This document shows, piece after piece, positions 38,424 through 48,246 of a DNA stretch of 64,000 nt (position 1 is its first letter; the number at the start of each line of letters is the position of its first letter). This DNA comes from Candidatus Taenariivivens baikalensis (GTDB lineage Bacteria; Omnitrophota; Omnitrophia; Omnitrophales; Aquincolibacteriaceae). The notes under the pieces were generated by a model, which was not told the origin of the DNA, did no database searches, and saw only the letters and a list, made by a program, of their open reading frames with translations. The translations under genes and the position numbers were made by a program. The stretch spans positions 2,486 through 66,485 of the forward strand of contig SICL01000006.1 in assembly GCA_009691445.1 (NCBI GenBank), given 5' to 3'.

Positions 38424-39589
38424 GAAGAAACAAAATTTTTAATTAAATCTTTCAGAGAAAGTAAATGGATGGACATCACACCGTGCTTCTGGATATAAGA
38501 ACGATCAATATTTGAGCAGACAACAAAGTTTTTCCCGTGAGGATACTGACGTCGGAAAATAAGGATATTCTTCGGATCAAGCCCGTTTGAATTCCATTTA
38601 CACTCAATCACTGTCGGGGGTTGGTGCCGGCTGGCCAGAATGAAGTCGATTTCGTGACCCTGCTTATCTCTCCAATAGCGAATGTCTCGAGTTTGAAGAT
38701 GGGCTTGAAGTTCATTAAGGACATAATGTTCCCAAAGCAGTCCCAGATCTTCATTTCGGAGATCATTCCAGCCCTTGTGATAAGAAACGAATCCGGTGTC
38801 GAAGGCGTACACTTTGGGTGCGGCAATAATCTCATTCGATTTATGAGAGTTAAAGGGGCGGATCACATGAGCGATCAGGGTTTCTTCCAGAACTCGAAGA
38901 TAATTTCGGATGGTCACACGGCTTACTTCACATTCTGCCGTAAAACGGGTGGCTTCAAAAATTCCACCGCTTCTTGCCATCACTAATTCCGCGAATCGCT
39001 GAAAAGAGTCTCTTCGATTGAGACGGAAGAGATCCTGAATATCTTTCGCCCAATAATCATCAAGCCATTCCTGAAAGTCTTTTTCCGGAATCTTGGTGTT
39101 GAGAAAGAAGGGCGGTAAACCTCCGAAGCGCAAACGATGCGTTAAGTCTGATTGAGGGAAATGAGCCAGATCTTCCTGGATCATCGGAGTTAACCATAAG
39201 TTTGTCTTCCGGCCTGTCAAGGTATCACGGAATTTTCGTGAAGCCCCTAAGGTGGAAGATCCCGTGGCGAGGACTTTTATTTTTGGGAAATGATCGGCGG
39301 CGATTTTGAGTAATTCAGCGGGAGCCCGGAGGCGGTGAATTTCATCCAAAATAATCCGGTGTCCGTCAAGAGAAGTGAGAAAACCTTCAGGCTCGGCCAT
39401 CATTTGGCGGGTACGGGGAAGTTCACAATCGAAGTACTCGATTTGATCAAGGGTTTGAGTCAGGGAAGTTTTGCCTGATCTTCTCACTCCCGAAAGCCAG
39501 GTGATGGAACGGTGTTCCCAGGATTTTTCAATTAAATTGATCCAAAAATTTCTTTTGACCAAGGGTTCCATACGATTGAACACTAGCAT
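38420..39589 (-). CDS. AAA+ ATPase with a DUF4143 C-terminal domain (AAA_14 family). Convergent with the giant ORF and overlapping it by 4 nt.
   Basis: Walker A LSGVRRSGKTSL near the N-terminus and a Walker B-like RIILDEIH. Size (389 aa) and overall pattern are typical of the PF13173/PF13635 family. Confidence 0.7.
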   Translation of the reverse strand: MLVFNRMEPLVKRNFWINLIEKSWEHRSITWLSGVRRSGKTSLTQTLDQIEYFDCELPRTRQMMAEPEGFLTSLDGHRIILDEIHRLRAPAELLKIAADHFPKIKVLATGSSTLGASRKFRDTLTGRKTNLWLTPMIQEDLAHFPQSDLTHRLRFGGLPPFFLNTKIPEKDFQEWLDDYWAKDIQDLFRLNRRDSFQRFAELVMARSGGIFEATRFTAECEVSRVTIRNYLRVLEETLIAHVIRPFNSHKSNEIIAAPKVYAFDTGFVSYHKGWNDLRNEDLGLLWEHYVLNELQAHLQTRDIRYWRDKQGHEIDFILASRHQPPTVIECKWNSNGLDPKNILIFRRQYPHGKNFVVCSNIDRSYIQKHGVMSIHLLSLKDLIKNFVSS

Positions 39590-39764
39590 AAAGTTAAACT
39601 TTATGCAACAGTACTATCGTTTAGTTATTTTTGTTTGGTGAACCCAGGATTACCAAGATTTACGATTGCGGGAAGGCTATCTGGCAATGGCAGAAGAAGC
39701 ACGGAAGCTGCTTGAGGAATTTAAATATGCGGATGAGGAATCTTTGAAGTCTATAGATTTGCAA

Positions 39765-39890
39765 TGACCAAGAAACAAGATCCAAGAAACAAACAAAGAG
39801 CCAATCTTTCAATTTTAAAATTTCAATAAATTGTTTTAGATATTGGAATTTGAAGATTCCTTGGTTATTGTATCTTGGTGTTTGGTCATT
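39765..39890. repeat. Intergenic heptamer-array hairpin element (CAAGAWA/CCAAGAW arrays inverted around an AT-rich spacer), copy 1 of 4.
   Basis: tgaccaagaaacaagatccaagaaacaaacaaagag ... cttggttattgtatcttggtgtttggtca. Confidence 0.6.
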
Positions 39891-39960
39891 CTAGTTTGGC
39901 TTTTAAAATCTCAGTTGCTTGGGGTGATCTTCAGTGGTATTCTTCCTAGTGGAGGAAGTG

Positions 39961-40401
39961 ATGCGGAACTTTACCCAAAGAACAAGTGTGAGAATCCTGA
40001 CTCAGGTCGTTCTGGTTTCACTCTTTGTGATCCAGAATCATTGCGGCCTTCTAGCTGCAAGCTCTCTCATCCAAAAAGCCGCCTCCATTTCCTCCTTGTC
40101 TTCTTCTTCGCATCAGCAAGTTCCGCCCTGTCACGCTAAAGCGTCTTCTAAGGATTCCAAATCATGCGGTCAGGATTGTTGCACCCGGCTTCAAGCGGTT
40201 TCTCAGAATCAAGAAATAAAGATTTTTCTCAAGCAAGCTCTGAATTTGTCCTCGGAAGCTGTGGATTCTCTGCCGATTCTTCAGCCTGTTTTTACAGTCC
40301 CCAAATTTTCCGCTGAAACACCTCCGCATTTATCTTTCCAGCGGAGTTTTTATCAGGAAGCCTTTCCCTCCCACGCTCCTCCTCTCTCGATTCTGGCCTG
40401 A
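39961..40401 (+). CDS. Small Cys-rich secreted hypothetical protein upstream of the cus-like operon. Start chosen at the ATG with a GGAGG RBS.
   Basis: Hydrophobic N-terminus. C-x11-C-x3-CC cluster (CHAKASSKDSKSCGQDCC). Context suggests a metal-binding role; this is inference only. Confidence 0.4.
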   Translation: MRNFTQRTSVRILTQVVLVSLFVIQNHCGLLAASSLIQKAASISSLSSSSHQQVPPCHAKASSKDSKSCGQDCCTRLQAVSQNQEIKIFLKQALNLSSEAVDSLPILQPVFTVPKFSAETPPHLSFQRSFYQEAFPSHAPPLSILA

Positions 40402-40496
40402 GTAACATCCGGAATCGAAATCCTTTTTTTCTTTCCCGGCTAGTCCTATTGGGCGCTCAGGTTATCCTTTGAGATTGCTTCGTCGGCTGCGGCCTT

Positions 40497-40533
40497 CTCG
40501 CAATGACGTCATTGCGAGCGGAGCGAAGCAATC
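40497..40533. repeat. Palindromic dispersed repeat ctcgcaatgac|gtcattgcgag followed by cggagcgaagcaatc. Second copy of the element seen at 9395-9420.
   Basis: Read directly; 22-nt perfect palindrome. Confidence 0.5.
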
Positions 40534-40573
40534 TCATCCAAACGCGAAAATTTTAGATCCGTAGGAGATCACG

Positions 40574-41629
40574 ATGAATACCAAAAAAATTCAATCCTTA
40601 ATCATTGTTGTAGGGCTTATCACAATTTCTGTGATGACCGGTATTTTGTTTATTGCCAAGCCTCATTTTCACAAATACTTTGTAGCAAAATCTGGAGTAA
40701 AAGAACTCTGGTACTGTCCGATGCATCCGAGCTATACGTCGGACCGTGTGGGGGAATGCCCAATCTGTCATATGAGGCTTGTGAAGTTTGAAGGCGATTC
40801 CGAGAATTATTTGATTCCTGGCAATTCAACCTCAAAAAAGGAGTTCACCATCGATCAAATTCTTAAAATGAAACCCGGAGAGATCTGCCTGCTTCATAAA
40901 TGCAAACATGGCCAATGCAAAATCACGATGAATGAAGAAATCGCACGCGCGGGAAAATGCCCGCATTGCGGCGAGGATTTTGGAATCCTCATCAAGAAGA
41001 ATTTCCCTCAGGGCTATAGCGGCGTTAAGCTTACTCCTGAAAATCAAACGCTGATTGGGATCAAGACGGAACCCGTTCAGATTTATCCGTTGACCAAGAC
41101 GGTTCGGGCCGAAGGGATGGTGCCGATGGATTCTCCTTGGTATATCACGGCGTTTGTTTTTGAAAATGATCTTTCGGTTTTGAAACAGGGTCAGGAGCTT
41201 ACAATTGAACTGCTGTTTAAAATTCCGCTGCAGATGAAGGGAAAAATCCGGGGAATTAGTCCGCTTAATTTGAAAAATCGAACTTCCCGGGTTCGGGTGA
41301 GTTTGGAAAAGGCGCTTAACCTTGCCAGATCCGGGGAAGAAGTTCAGGTGGTGATGAGTCTTGAACTTGGACGTGCGCTCGGAATTCCGAAAACCGCGCT
41401 GCTGGATGCGGGGGACAGGAAGATTGTTTTCGTTTCTCTTTCTCAAGGTGACTTTGATCCGCGTGAAATCAGTGTGGGGCGCCGGGGTGAGGATTTTGTG
41501 GAGGTTACTTCCGGGCTGGCTGCCGGTGATCAGGTGGTCACAAGCGGTAATTTTCTCATCGATTCGGAAAGCCGTTTAAAAGCAAATCTGCAGAATATTG
41601 CCAATGAAGGACACCAACATGGAGCTTAA
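40574..41629 (+). CDS. Efflux RND periplasmic adaptor subunit, CusB/CzcB-like, with an N-terminal heavy-metal-binding head.
   Basis: N-terminal TM anchor, then WYCPMHPSY...CPICHM (CPMHP/CPxC metal-binding domain seen in Cu/Ag efflux adaptors and P1B-ATPases). The rest is HlyD-like. Lies immediately upstream of CusA. Confidence 0.7.
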   Translation: MNTKKIQSLIIVVGLITISVMTGILFIAKPHFHKYFVAKSGVKELWYCPMHPSYTSDRVGECPICHMRLVKFEGDSENYLIPGNSTSKKEFTIDQILKMKPGEICLLHKCKHGQCKITMNEEIARAGKCPHCGEDFGILIKKNFPQGYSGVKLTPENQTLIGIKTEPVQIYPLTKTVRAEGMVPMDSPWYITAFVFENDLSVLKQGQELTIELLFKIPLQMKGKIRGISPLNLKNRTSRVRVSLEKALNLARSGEEVQVVMSLELGRALGIPKTALLDAGDRKIVFVSLSQGDFDPREISVGRRGEDFVEVTSGLAAGDQVVTSGNFLIDSESRLKANLQNIANEGHQHGA

Positions 41630-41643
41630 ATACCAAAAATGTA

Positions 41644-41760
41644 ATAACCAAGATACAAGAAACAAGATACAAATAAAGATACAAAAAAACAATAAACCAA
41701 TCTTTGAATTTTTGAAATCTTGTTATTTATTTGGACACTTGTATCTTGTCTCTTGGTTAT
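41644..41760. repeat. Intergenic heptamer-array hairpin element, copy 2 of 4, between cusB-like and cusA-like genes.
   Basis: ccaagatacaagaaacaagatacaaataaagatac ... tttggacacttgtatcttgtctcttgg. Confidence 0.6.
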
Positions 41761-41773
41761 TCAGGACGTGGTT

Positions 41774-44700
41774 ATGATTGAAAAAATAATTGAATTCTCT
41801 GCTAAAAATAAATTTTTGATCTTTACGCTCACGGCCGTGGCGATTGCCGCAGCGATTTGGTCACTTAAGACTATTCCGCTCGACGCGATTCCGGATCTTT
41901 CTGATACCCAAGTCATTATTTATTCCAAATGGGACCGGAGTCCGGATCTGGTAGAAGCTCAAGTCACTTATCCGATTGTGACATCGCTTTTGGGAGCGCC
42001 GAAAGTCAAAGCGGTGCGGGGGTTCTCGGATTTTGGATTTTCCTATGTCTATGTTATTTTTGACGAGGGAACCGATCTTTACTGGGCGCGCAGCCGCACT
42101 CTGGAATATTTAAGCAAAATCACCTCAAAACTTCCCCAAGGAGTGCAGACGGAACTGGGTCCGGATGCGACGGGTGTGGGCTGGGTCCTGCAATATGCGC
42201 TTTATGATCCCTCCGGAAAACACAGCCTTCAGGAGATCCGGGCGTTTCAGGATTGGAATCTCCGTTATCACCTTCAAAGTGTGCAGGGTGTCGCCGAAGT
42301 TTCTCCGCTCGGAGGTTTTGTGAAGCAGTATCAGGTGGTGGTGGATCCCAGCCGTCTGGCTTTTTATCAGCTCTCGGTGATGGATGTCGTGTCCACGGTC
42401 CGGAAAAGCAATCAGGAAACCGGCGGCGGTTTGCTGGAATTTTCCGGTGCCGAATATATGATCCGCGGCCGAGGTCTGGTGAAGACGATTCCCGACATTG
42501 AAAATAGCGCGATTAAAATGGATACCCGGGGACGGCCCATTTTAGTGAAGCATGTTGCCAAGGTCTCTGCCGGTTCTGAAGTCCGCAGAGGAATCGCGGA
42601 TATGGATGGAAAGGGAGACGTCGTGACCGGGACCGTGGTGATGCGCTCCGGAGAAAACGCGCTCAATGTGATTCGGCGTGTCAAAGAGAGGATCAGGGAG
42701 CTCGAGCCTTCGTTTCCATCGGGAGTGAAATTGAAGATTTTGTATGACCGTTCCGACTTGATTGTCCGGGCGATTGACACGCTGAAGCATCAATTAATCG
42801 AGGAGATGATGATTGTCAGTTTTGTGATTTTAATTTTCCTTTGGCATATTCCATCAGCGATTGTTCCGATTGTGACGATTCCAGTTTCCGTGCTTCTTTC
42901 CTTTATCCTTCTTCATCAGATGAAACTGACATCCAATGTGATGTCGCTTGCCGGGATCGCGATTTCTATCGGTGTATTAGTCGACGGTGCGATTGTAGAA
43001 GTAGAAAATGCGTACAAGCGTTTGGAGGAATGGGAGCATGGAGGCCGCAAAGGAGATTTTCACGAGATCCGCTTGAAGGCGCTCAAAGAAGTCGGGCCGT
43101 CGGTTTTCTTCTCCTTGATCGTGATCGCCGTCGCGTTTATGCCGATTTTCACGCTTGTTGATCAGGCTGGGCGTTTGTTCAAGCCGCTTGCCTGGTCCAA
43201 GAACCTTGCGATGTTCATTGCGGCGATTCTTGCGATTACGCTGGACCCAGCCCTGCGGATGCTTTTTGCGCGCATGGATCCTATCAAGACCCGATGGAGC
43301 TGGCTTTCAAAAACCCTCACGACTCTTTTAGTCGGAAAATATTATCCCGAAGAACAGCATCCAATTAGTAAGCGCCTTTTTCGAATTTATGAACCCGTTT
43401 GCCGCTGGGTGCTTCGTCACCGGAAAACCACGATTGCCGGCGCGCTTCTTTTGATGCTTTCCACGATTCCGGTTTATTTTCGCCTCGGCTCGGAATTCAT
43501 GCCTCCGCTTTATGAAGGAACCATTCTTTACATGCCGACGACGCTTCCGGGAATGTCGGTGACCGAGGCTGGAAAACTTCTTCAAACGCAGGACCGGATC
43601 CTGAAGCAATTTCCGGAAGTGGAAAGTGTTTTTGGGAAAGCGGGACGTATTGACAGCTCAACCGATCCCGCGCCGTTTTCAATGATGGAAACGGTCGTCA
43701 ATCTGAAGCCTGAAAGTGAATGGCGGAAGATTCCCCGCTGGTATTCTTCCATGCCGGAATTCACAAAACCGGTGTTCCGAAAATTCTGGCCGGAACATCT
43801 TGGCTATGAAGCCTTGATTGAAGAGATGAACCAAAAACTTCAGATTCCGGGAACCAGCAATGCCTGGACGATGCCCATCAAAAACCGCCTTGATATGCTG
43901 AGTACCGGCATTCGAACGCCTGTGGGGATCAAGATACTCGGTGCCGACCTCGGCGAAATAGAAAAAATAGGCGCTCACCTGGAAATGATTTTAAAGGATG
44001 TGCCGGGAACACGGAGCGCGTTTGCGGAAAGATCCGCAGGAGGTTATTTCCTCGACTTTGATTTGAAGCGGGATGAGATCGCGCGGTACGGACTTTCCGT
44101 GGAAGAAGTTCAGTCGACGATTATGTCCGCCATTGGCGGCGAAGTGGTCAGTCAAACGCTTGAAGGCCGAGAGCGCTACACGATCAATGTCCGCTATCCC
44201 TTCGAATTGCGGAATGATTTGGAAAAATTAAAGCAGGTTTCAGTGATGTCGTCGCTTGGCTCGATGGTGCCTCTTGGAACTCTTGCGGATCTCCGTCTTA
44301 CCTCGGGGCCTTCCATGATTCGTAATGAGAACGGAATGCTGGCCGGTTATGTATTTGTCGATGTGGCGGGCCGTGATATCGGGCGTTATGTCCGGGATGC
44401 CAGGGACAAAGTGGCTCGTGAACTTAAGCTCCCGGAAAATTATTCCCTGATCTGGAGCGGGCAGTATGAAAATATGCTCAAGGTCCGTGAACGCCTCAAG
44501 GTGATTGTGCCGCTCACGCTTTTTTTGATCGCGCTCATTCTTTATATGAACACCAAGTCCAAGGTTAAAACGGCGATCATTCTTCTGGCGGTTCCGTTTT
44601 CACTCATCGGAGCGGTTTGGCTGCTTTGGATTTTGGGCTACAATATTTCCACCGCGGTCTGGGTGGGGATGATTGCCTTGATGGGCCTTGACGCCGAGAC

Positions 44701-45049
44701 CGGAGTTTTTATGATGCTTTTTCTTGATCTTTCCTATCAGGATGCCGTCCGTAAGGGGCAAATGAAAAATGAAAAGGACCTGGAAGAAGCCGTGATTCAC
44801 GGAGCCGTCAAAAGGATCCGCCCCAAGCTAATGACCGTGATGGCCGCATTTATGGGACTACTTCCCATCATGTGGTCATCAGGCGCCGGAGCGGATATGA
44901 TGAAGCGGATCGCAGCTCCCATGATCGGCGGGCTTATAAGCTCCTTTTTGCTGGAGCTTTTGATCTATCCGGTTTTGTATTCGATGTGGAAATCAAGAGA
45001 ACTAAACCAAGTACCAAATTCCAAACAAATCCCAATCATCGCACCGTAA
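41774..45049 (+). CDS. cusA: CusA/CzcA-family heavy-metal efflux RND transporter. Start moved to the ATG at 41774, downstream of the repeat element.
   Basis: N-terminus MIEKIIEFSAKNKFLIF...IPLDAIPDLSDTQVIIYSKWDRSPDLVEAQVTYPIV and ...ELGPDATGVGWVLQYAL closely follow E. coli CusA. About 1091 aa. Confidence 0.9.
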   Translation: MIEKIIEFSAKNKFLIFTLTAVAIAAAIWSLKTIPLDAIPDLSDTQVIIYSKWDRSPDLVEAQVTYPIVTSLLGAPKVKAVRGFSDFGFSYVYVIFDEGTDLYWARSRTLEYLSKITSKLPQGVQTELGPDATGVGWVLQYALYDPSGKHSLQEIRAFQDWNLRYHLQSVQGVAEVSPLGGFVKQYQVVVDPSRLAFYQLSVMDVVSTVRKSNQETGGGLLEFSGAEYMIRGRGLVKTIPDIENSAIKMDTRGRPILVKHVAKVSAGSEVRRGIADMDGKGDVVTGTVVMRSGENALNVIRRVKERIRELEPSFPSGVKLKILYDRSDLIVRAIDTLKHQLIEEMMIVSFVILIFLWHIPSAIVPIVTIPVSVLLSFILLHQMKLTSNVMSLAGIAISIGVLVDGAIVEVENAYKRLEEWEHGGRKGDFHEIRLKALKEVGPSVFFSLIVIAVAFMPIFTLVDQAGRLFKPLAWSKNLAMFIAAILAITLDPALRMLFARMDPIKTRWSWLSKTLTTLLVGKYYPEEQHPISKRLFRIYEPVCRWVLRHRKTTIAGALLLMLSTIPVYFRLGSEFMPPLYEGTILYMPTTLPGMSVTEAGKLLQTQDRILKQFPEVESVFGKAGRIDSSTDPAPFSMMETVVNLKPESEWRKIPRWYSSMPEFTKPVFRKFWPEHLGYEALIEEMNQKLQIPGTSNAWTMPIKNRLDMLSTGIRTPVGIKILGADLGEIEKIGAHLEMILKDVPGTRSAFAERSAGGYFLDFDLKRDEIARYGLSVEEVQSTIMSAIGGEVVSQTLEGRERYTINVRYPFELRNDLEKLKQVSVMSSLGSMVPLGTLADLRLTSGPSMIRNENGMLAGYVFVDVAGRDIGRYVRDARDKVARELKLPENYSLIWSGQYENMLKVRERLKVIVPLTLFLIALILYMNTKSKVKTAIILLAVPFSLIGAVWLLWILGYNISTAVWVGMIALMGLDAETGVFMMLFLDLSYQDAVRKGQMKNEKDLEEAVIHGAVKRIRPKLMTVMAAFMGLLPIMWSSGAGADMMKRIAAPMIGGLISSFLLELLIYPVLYSMWKSRELNQVPNSKQIPIIAP

Positions 45050-45066
45050 CCAACAAGGAGATAAAC

Positions 45067-45330
45067 ATGAAGAAAACGGTTCTGCTTTTAATGGGTGTGA
45101 TTTTAATGAGTGCCCTGGCCTTTGCAGAAGTTACTGCAGCGGGAAATAAACTTTGTCCCGTCAGTGCTGATCCGGTTGATAAGAATATTTCGGCTGAATA
45201 TAACGAAAAGAGTTACGGTCTTTGCTGCAAGATGTGCATCAATAAGTTCAAGAAGAATCCTGAAAAGTATCTTCAAGAAATGAATGGGGCAGCCGCCGCC
45301 AAGGATGACCACAGCGCTCATCAGCATTAA
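45067..45330 (+). CDS. YHS-domain (TRASH-like) small secreted metal-binding protein.
   Basis: RBS aaggag; signal peptide. CPVS...YNEKSYGLCCKMCINKFKKNPEKY matches the YHS domain pattern. Follows cusA. Confidence 0.6.
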   Translation: MKKTVLLLMGVILMSALAFAEVTAAGNKLCPVSADPVDKNISAEYNEKSYGLCCKMCINKFKKNPEKYLQEMNGAAAAKDDHSAHQH

Positions 45331-45366
45331 AGATAGTGTTGTCTCCGCACTGGAAGCGAGCAACTT

Positions 45367-45418
45367 TAGGGACAGGTCCAAGACGGCGAAACGAACGGAC
45401 CTGTCCCTAGTGTTTATG
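45367..45418 (+). terminator. Candidate rho-independent terminator after the cus-like operon.
   Basis: agggacaggtcc ... ggacctgtccct 12-bp stem followed by a weak U tract (gtgtttat). Confidence 0.4.
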
Positions 45419-45483
45419 GCTCCAGTAACTGGTTTCCGGTATCTGGTTACTCTTCGTGTTATACTTCCTAAACGGGGTCATCT

Positions 45484-46521
45484 ATGTCTAAAAAGGATCA
45501 GAAATCTAAGAGTAAATATATTGTTGGGGTGGATCTCGGGGGAACCAAGATCCTGATCGGTTTGATGAATTCCAGTTTTGGATTGATGGGTTCTCACAAA
45601 ACAGCGGTTGAGCCTCAGCGGGGAGAAAAGGTTTTTTTAAAAAGTATCCAGAACGGCATCGAAACTGTTCTTGATGAAGCCCGCGTCTCGATCAAAGAAA
45701 TTAGCTGTATCGGTGTTGGATGCCCTGGGATGATTCAATTTCCTCAAGGAACAATCAAGCTCTCGCCCAATATTGCTTTCCTCAAAAATTATCCTCTTCA
45801 GCGTCGTTTGTCGAAAATGTTTAAGGTTCCCGTTCTGGTCGAAAATGATGTCAATGCGGGACTCTATGGGGAACAGCAGTTTGGATCGGCGCGTGGACAC
45901 CGCCACGTGATTGGGATTTTCCTAGGAACTGGAGTCGGGGGTGCCATGATTTTAGACGGACGGTTATACCGCGGTGCTTCAGGAGCCGCCGGAGAAATTG
46001 GCCACACCTTTTTGGCGCCGCCGTCGATGCTTTCCAGTTTCGAAAAAAGTACAACCTTGGAAGGCCTGGTCGGACGTTTAGCGATTTCCTCAGAAGCAGC
46101 CCTACTTGTGATGAAGCAAAAGGCAAACCACCTTTATGAGGACGTTCAATACGATGTGAGGAGGATTAAAAGTAAGATGCTCCTTAATTCGATTCAGTCC
46201 GGCGATTCATCCGTGAAGGAACTCGTTTTGCAAAAGGGGAGAATTTTGGGACTCGCGATGGCCAATGCGGTGAATCTTCTGAATCCGGAAATGATTGTCC
46301 TTGGCGGCGGAGTGATTGAGGCGATGGGGCATTTAATCATTCCTGTCGCTCGCGAAGTGATGCATCGTTATGCGATGGCACCCATTGTGAAAAACGTCAA
46401 GGTGGCACAGGCCAAACTTGGGGATTACTCAATTGTGAAAGGCGCCGCCAAGCTTGCTTGGGATGTGCATTTTAATTCATGGGAAGAACAAGGAAGAAAA
46501 CGGAAGAAAGGGGAAGAATAA
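45484..46521 (+). CDS. ROK-family sugar kinase / regulator (glucokinase-like).
   Basis: VGVDLGGTKI, ENDVNAGLYGE and LGTGVGGAMI...GEIGH ROK signatures. The C-terminal tail (EEQGRKRKKGEE) is encoded by a one-armed GGAAGAA heptamer array (46480-46520). Confidence 0.8.
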   Translation: MSKKDQKSKSKYIVGVDLGGTKILIGLMNSSFGLMGSHKTAVEPQRGEKVFLKSIQNGIETVLDEARVSIKEISCIGVGCPGMIQFPQGTIKLSPNIAFLKNYPLQRRLSKMFKVPVLVENDVNAGLYGEQQFGSARGHRHVIGIFLGTGVGGAMILDGRLYRGASGAAGEIGHTFLAPPSMLSSFEKSTTLEGLVGRLAISSEAALLVMKQKANHLYEDVQYDVRRIKSKMLLNSIQSGDSSVKELVLQKGRILGLAMANAVNLLNPEMIVLGGGVIEAMGHLIIPVAREVMHRYAMAPIVKNVKVAQAKLGDYSIVKGAAKLAWDVHFNSWEEQGRKRKKGEE

Positions 46522-46573
46522 GGTGAAAGGATTTTATCCTGTTTTACCCTATGCTTCCGTTTAAAGAGGTTTT

Positions 46574-48136
46574 ATGAAAGATTCAGAGGTTCAGAAACAA
46601 ACCATTGCGGTGATTGATATCGGCGCCAGTGCGATTCGAATGATTATTGCTGAAGTGGGGCAAAAGGGCGAAATCAATTACCTGGAAAATCTCCACAAGC
46701 CCGTCCGGTTTGGGAAGGAAGTGTTCACCCACGGAATGATTTCGAGTGCGTCGATGCGTGAGGGGATCGGGATTTTGAAAGATTTCAAATCCGTGATCGA
46801 TACTTATGGGGTTAAAACAATTCAAGCGATTGCTACGAGCGCGGTGCGTGAAGCGATGAACCGGGATAACTTTATTGATCAGGTTTATGTGCGTACCGGC
46901 ATTGATGTCGAAGTGATCGAGGGACCGGAAGAAAATCGCCTGGAGTTGATTGCCGTGGAGCATGCGCTCGGAGGCAAGGTCGACCTAGAAAAGAAAAATT
47001 GTCTGATTATCGAAGTCGGGTCCGGCAGTACGGAAATGATTATCCTGAATCAGGGACAGGTGGAGATTACCCGGACGTTGTCGCTTGGATCCATTCGTCT
47101 TCCGGAACAGGCTGTTGCGGGTAAAACCGATCCGGCCGTGATGCAGCGCGTTTTAAAACGCAATGTGCATGAAGTCGTGACGTACGCGGCCAAGGAATAT
47201 AACTTTGATCAGGTGGATACGTTTATCGCGCTTGGCGCAGACATGCGTTTTACGTCTCATCAACTTGTGGAAGGAATTAAAGACAGTTTTGTCATTCTCG
47301 ACAAGAAAGCGTTTGTTGGTTTTCTGAATAAAATTTCCAAGATGACACCGGAAGAAATCGCGACTCAGTACGGAATTTCCTATACCCAGGCGGAAACACT
47401 TTTTCCATCCCTGCTGGTTTATTCCAATTTCATGAATGAGACTAAGACCGAAAGTATTATTGTGCCCATGACAAGCATTCGCGATGGGCTTCTGATTGAA
47501 ATGGCACAAATGCTTTCTGGGAATAAACGGACGGATGTCTCCAAGCAGGTTGTGAATTCTACGCGGCATTTGGGAGAAAAATACAAATATGATAAAGCGC
47601 ATGCGCTTCATGTCGCCTCAACATCTCTCAAGCTTTTTGATGCACTGAAGCAGGATCACGGGATGGGGTCCCGCGAGCGGCTACTCCTGGAAGTTTCAGC
47701 GATCGTGCATGACATCGGCTCTTACATTGCTCCGACAAGTCACCATAAGCATTCTAGCTATCTCGTGGAAGCGGCTGAAATTTTCGGGCTTCGGAAATCC
47801 GACAAAAATATTGTCGCCAATGTTGTTCGCTATCACCGCGGCACGAGTCCGCGCGCCACGCACGTTCCCTATATGTCGCTTCCAAAATCCGACCGGGCAG
47901 TGGTCTCAAAGCTTGCGGCAATTCTTCGGGTAGCGGATGCCCTGGATCATACGCATCAACAGAAAATTAGGAATTTTACGATGGACCGCCAGGAAGATGC
48001 GTACACTCTCTGGGTGCCTGAAGAGACCGGGGATATTACCGTAGAGCGGGATAGTTTGCAGGAAAAGGGTGGCATGTTTTCAGATGTGTACGGCGCTCCA
48101 ATTCAATTGAAGCAGGGGAATCCGATAGCGAAATAG
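46574..48136 (+). CDS. ppx: Ppx/GppA-family exopolyphosphatase with a C-terminal HD domain.
   Basis: VIDIGASAIRMIIAEV and EVGSGSTEMII actin-fold motifs, plus HDIGS HD motif. Adjacent to ppk1. Confidence 0.8.
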   Translation: MKDSEVQKQTIAVIDIGASAIRMIIAEVGQKGEINYLENLHKPVRFGKEVFTHGMISSASMREGIGILKDFKSVIDTYGVKTIQAIATSAVREAMNRDNFIDQVYVRTGIDVEVIEGPEENRLELIAVEHALGGKVDLEKKNCLIIEVGSGSTEMIILNQGQVEITRTLSLGSIRLPEQAVAGKTDPAVMQRVLKRNVHEVVTYAAKEYNFDQVDTFIALGADMRFTSHQLVEGIKDSFVILDKKAFVGFLNKISKMTPEEIATQYGISYTQAETLFPSLLVYSNFMNETKTESIIVPMTSIRDGLLIEMAQMLSGNKRTDVSKQVVNSTRHLGEKYKYDKAHALHVASTSLKLFDALKQDHGMGSRERLLLEVSAIVHDIGSYIAPTSHHKHSSYLVEAAEIFGLRKSDKNIVANVVRYHRGTSPRATHVPYMSLPKSDRAVVSKLAAILRVADALDHTHQQKIRNFTMDRQEDAYTLWVPEETGDITVERDSLQEKGGMFSDVYGAPIQLKQGNPIAK

Positions 48137-48246
48137 GGATGGTTCTCAGGCACGGCCTTAGCAAAGAAAAAGTGGTTTGAACATTTTCAATTATTCTTTC
48201 TTGTTTCAATGGCGGGTGATGCGAACCGTCCCGGGCAGAAAAACTT

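Noticed and set aside
40832-41446. 204-aa minus-strand ORF within the cusB-like gene.
   Set aside because: It is antisense to a gene with clear CPMHP and HlyD-like features. Basic, low-complexity composition typical of shadow ORFs.
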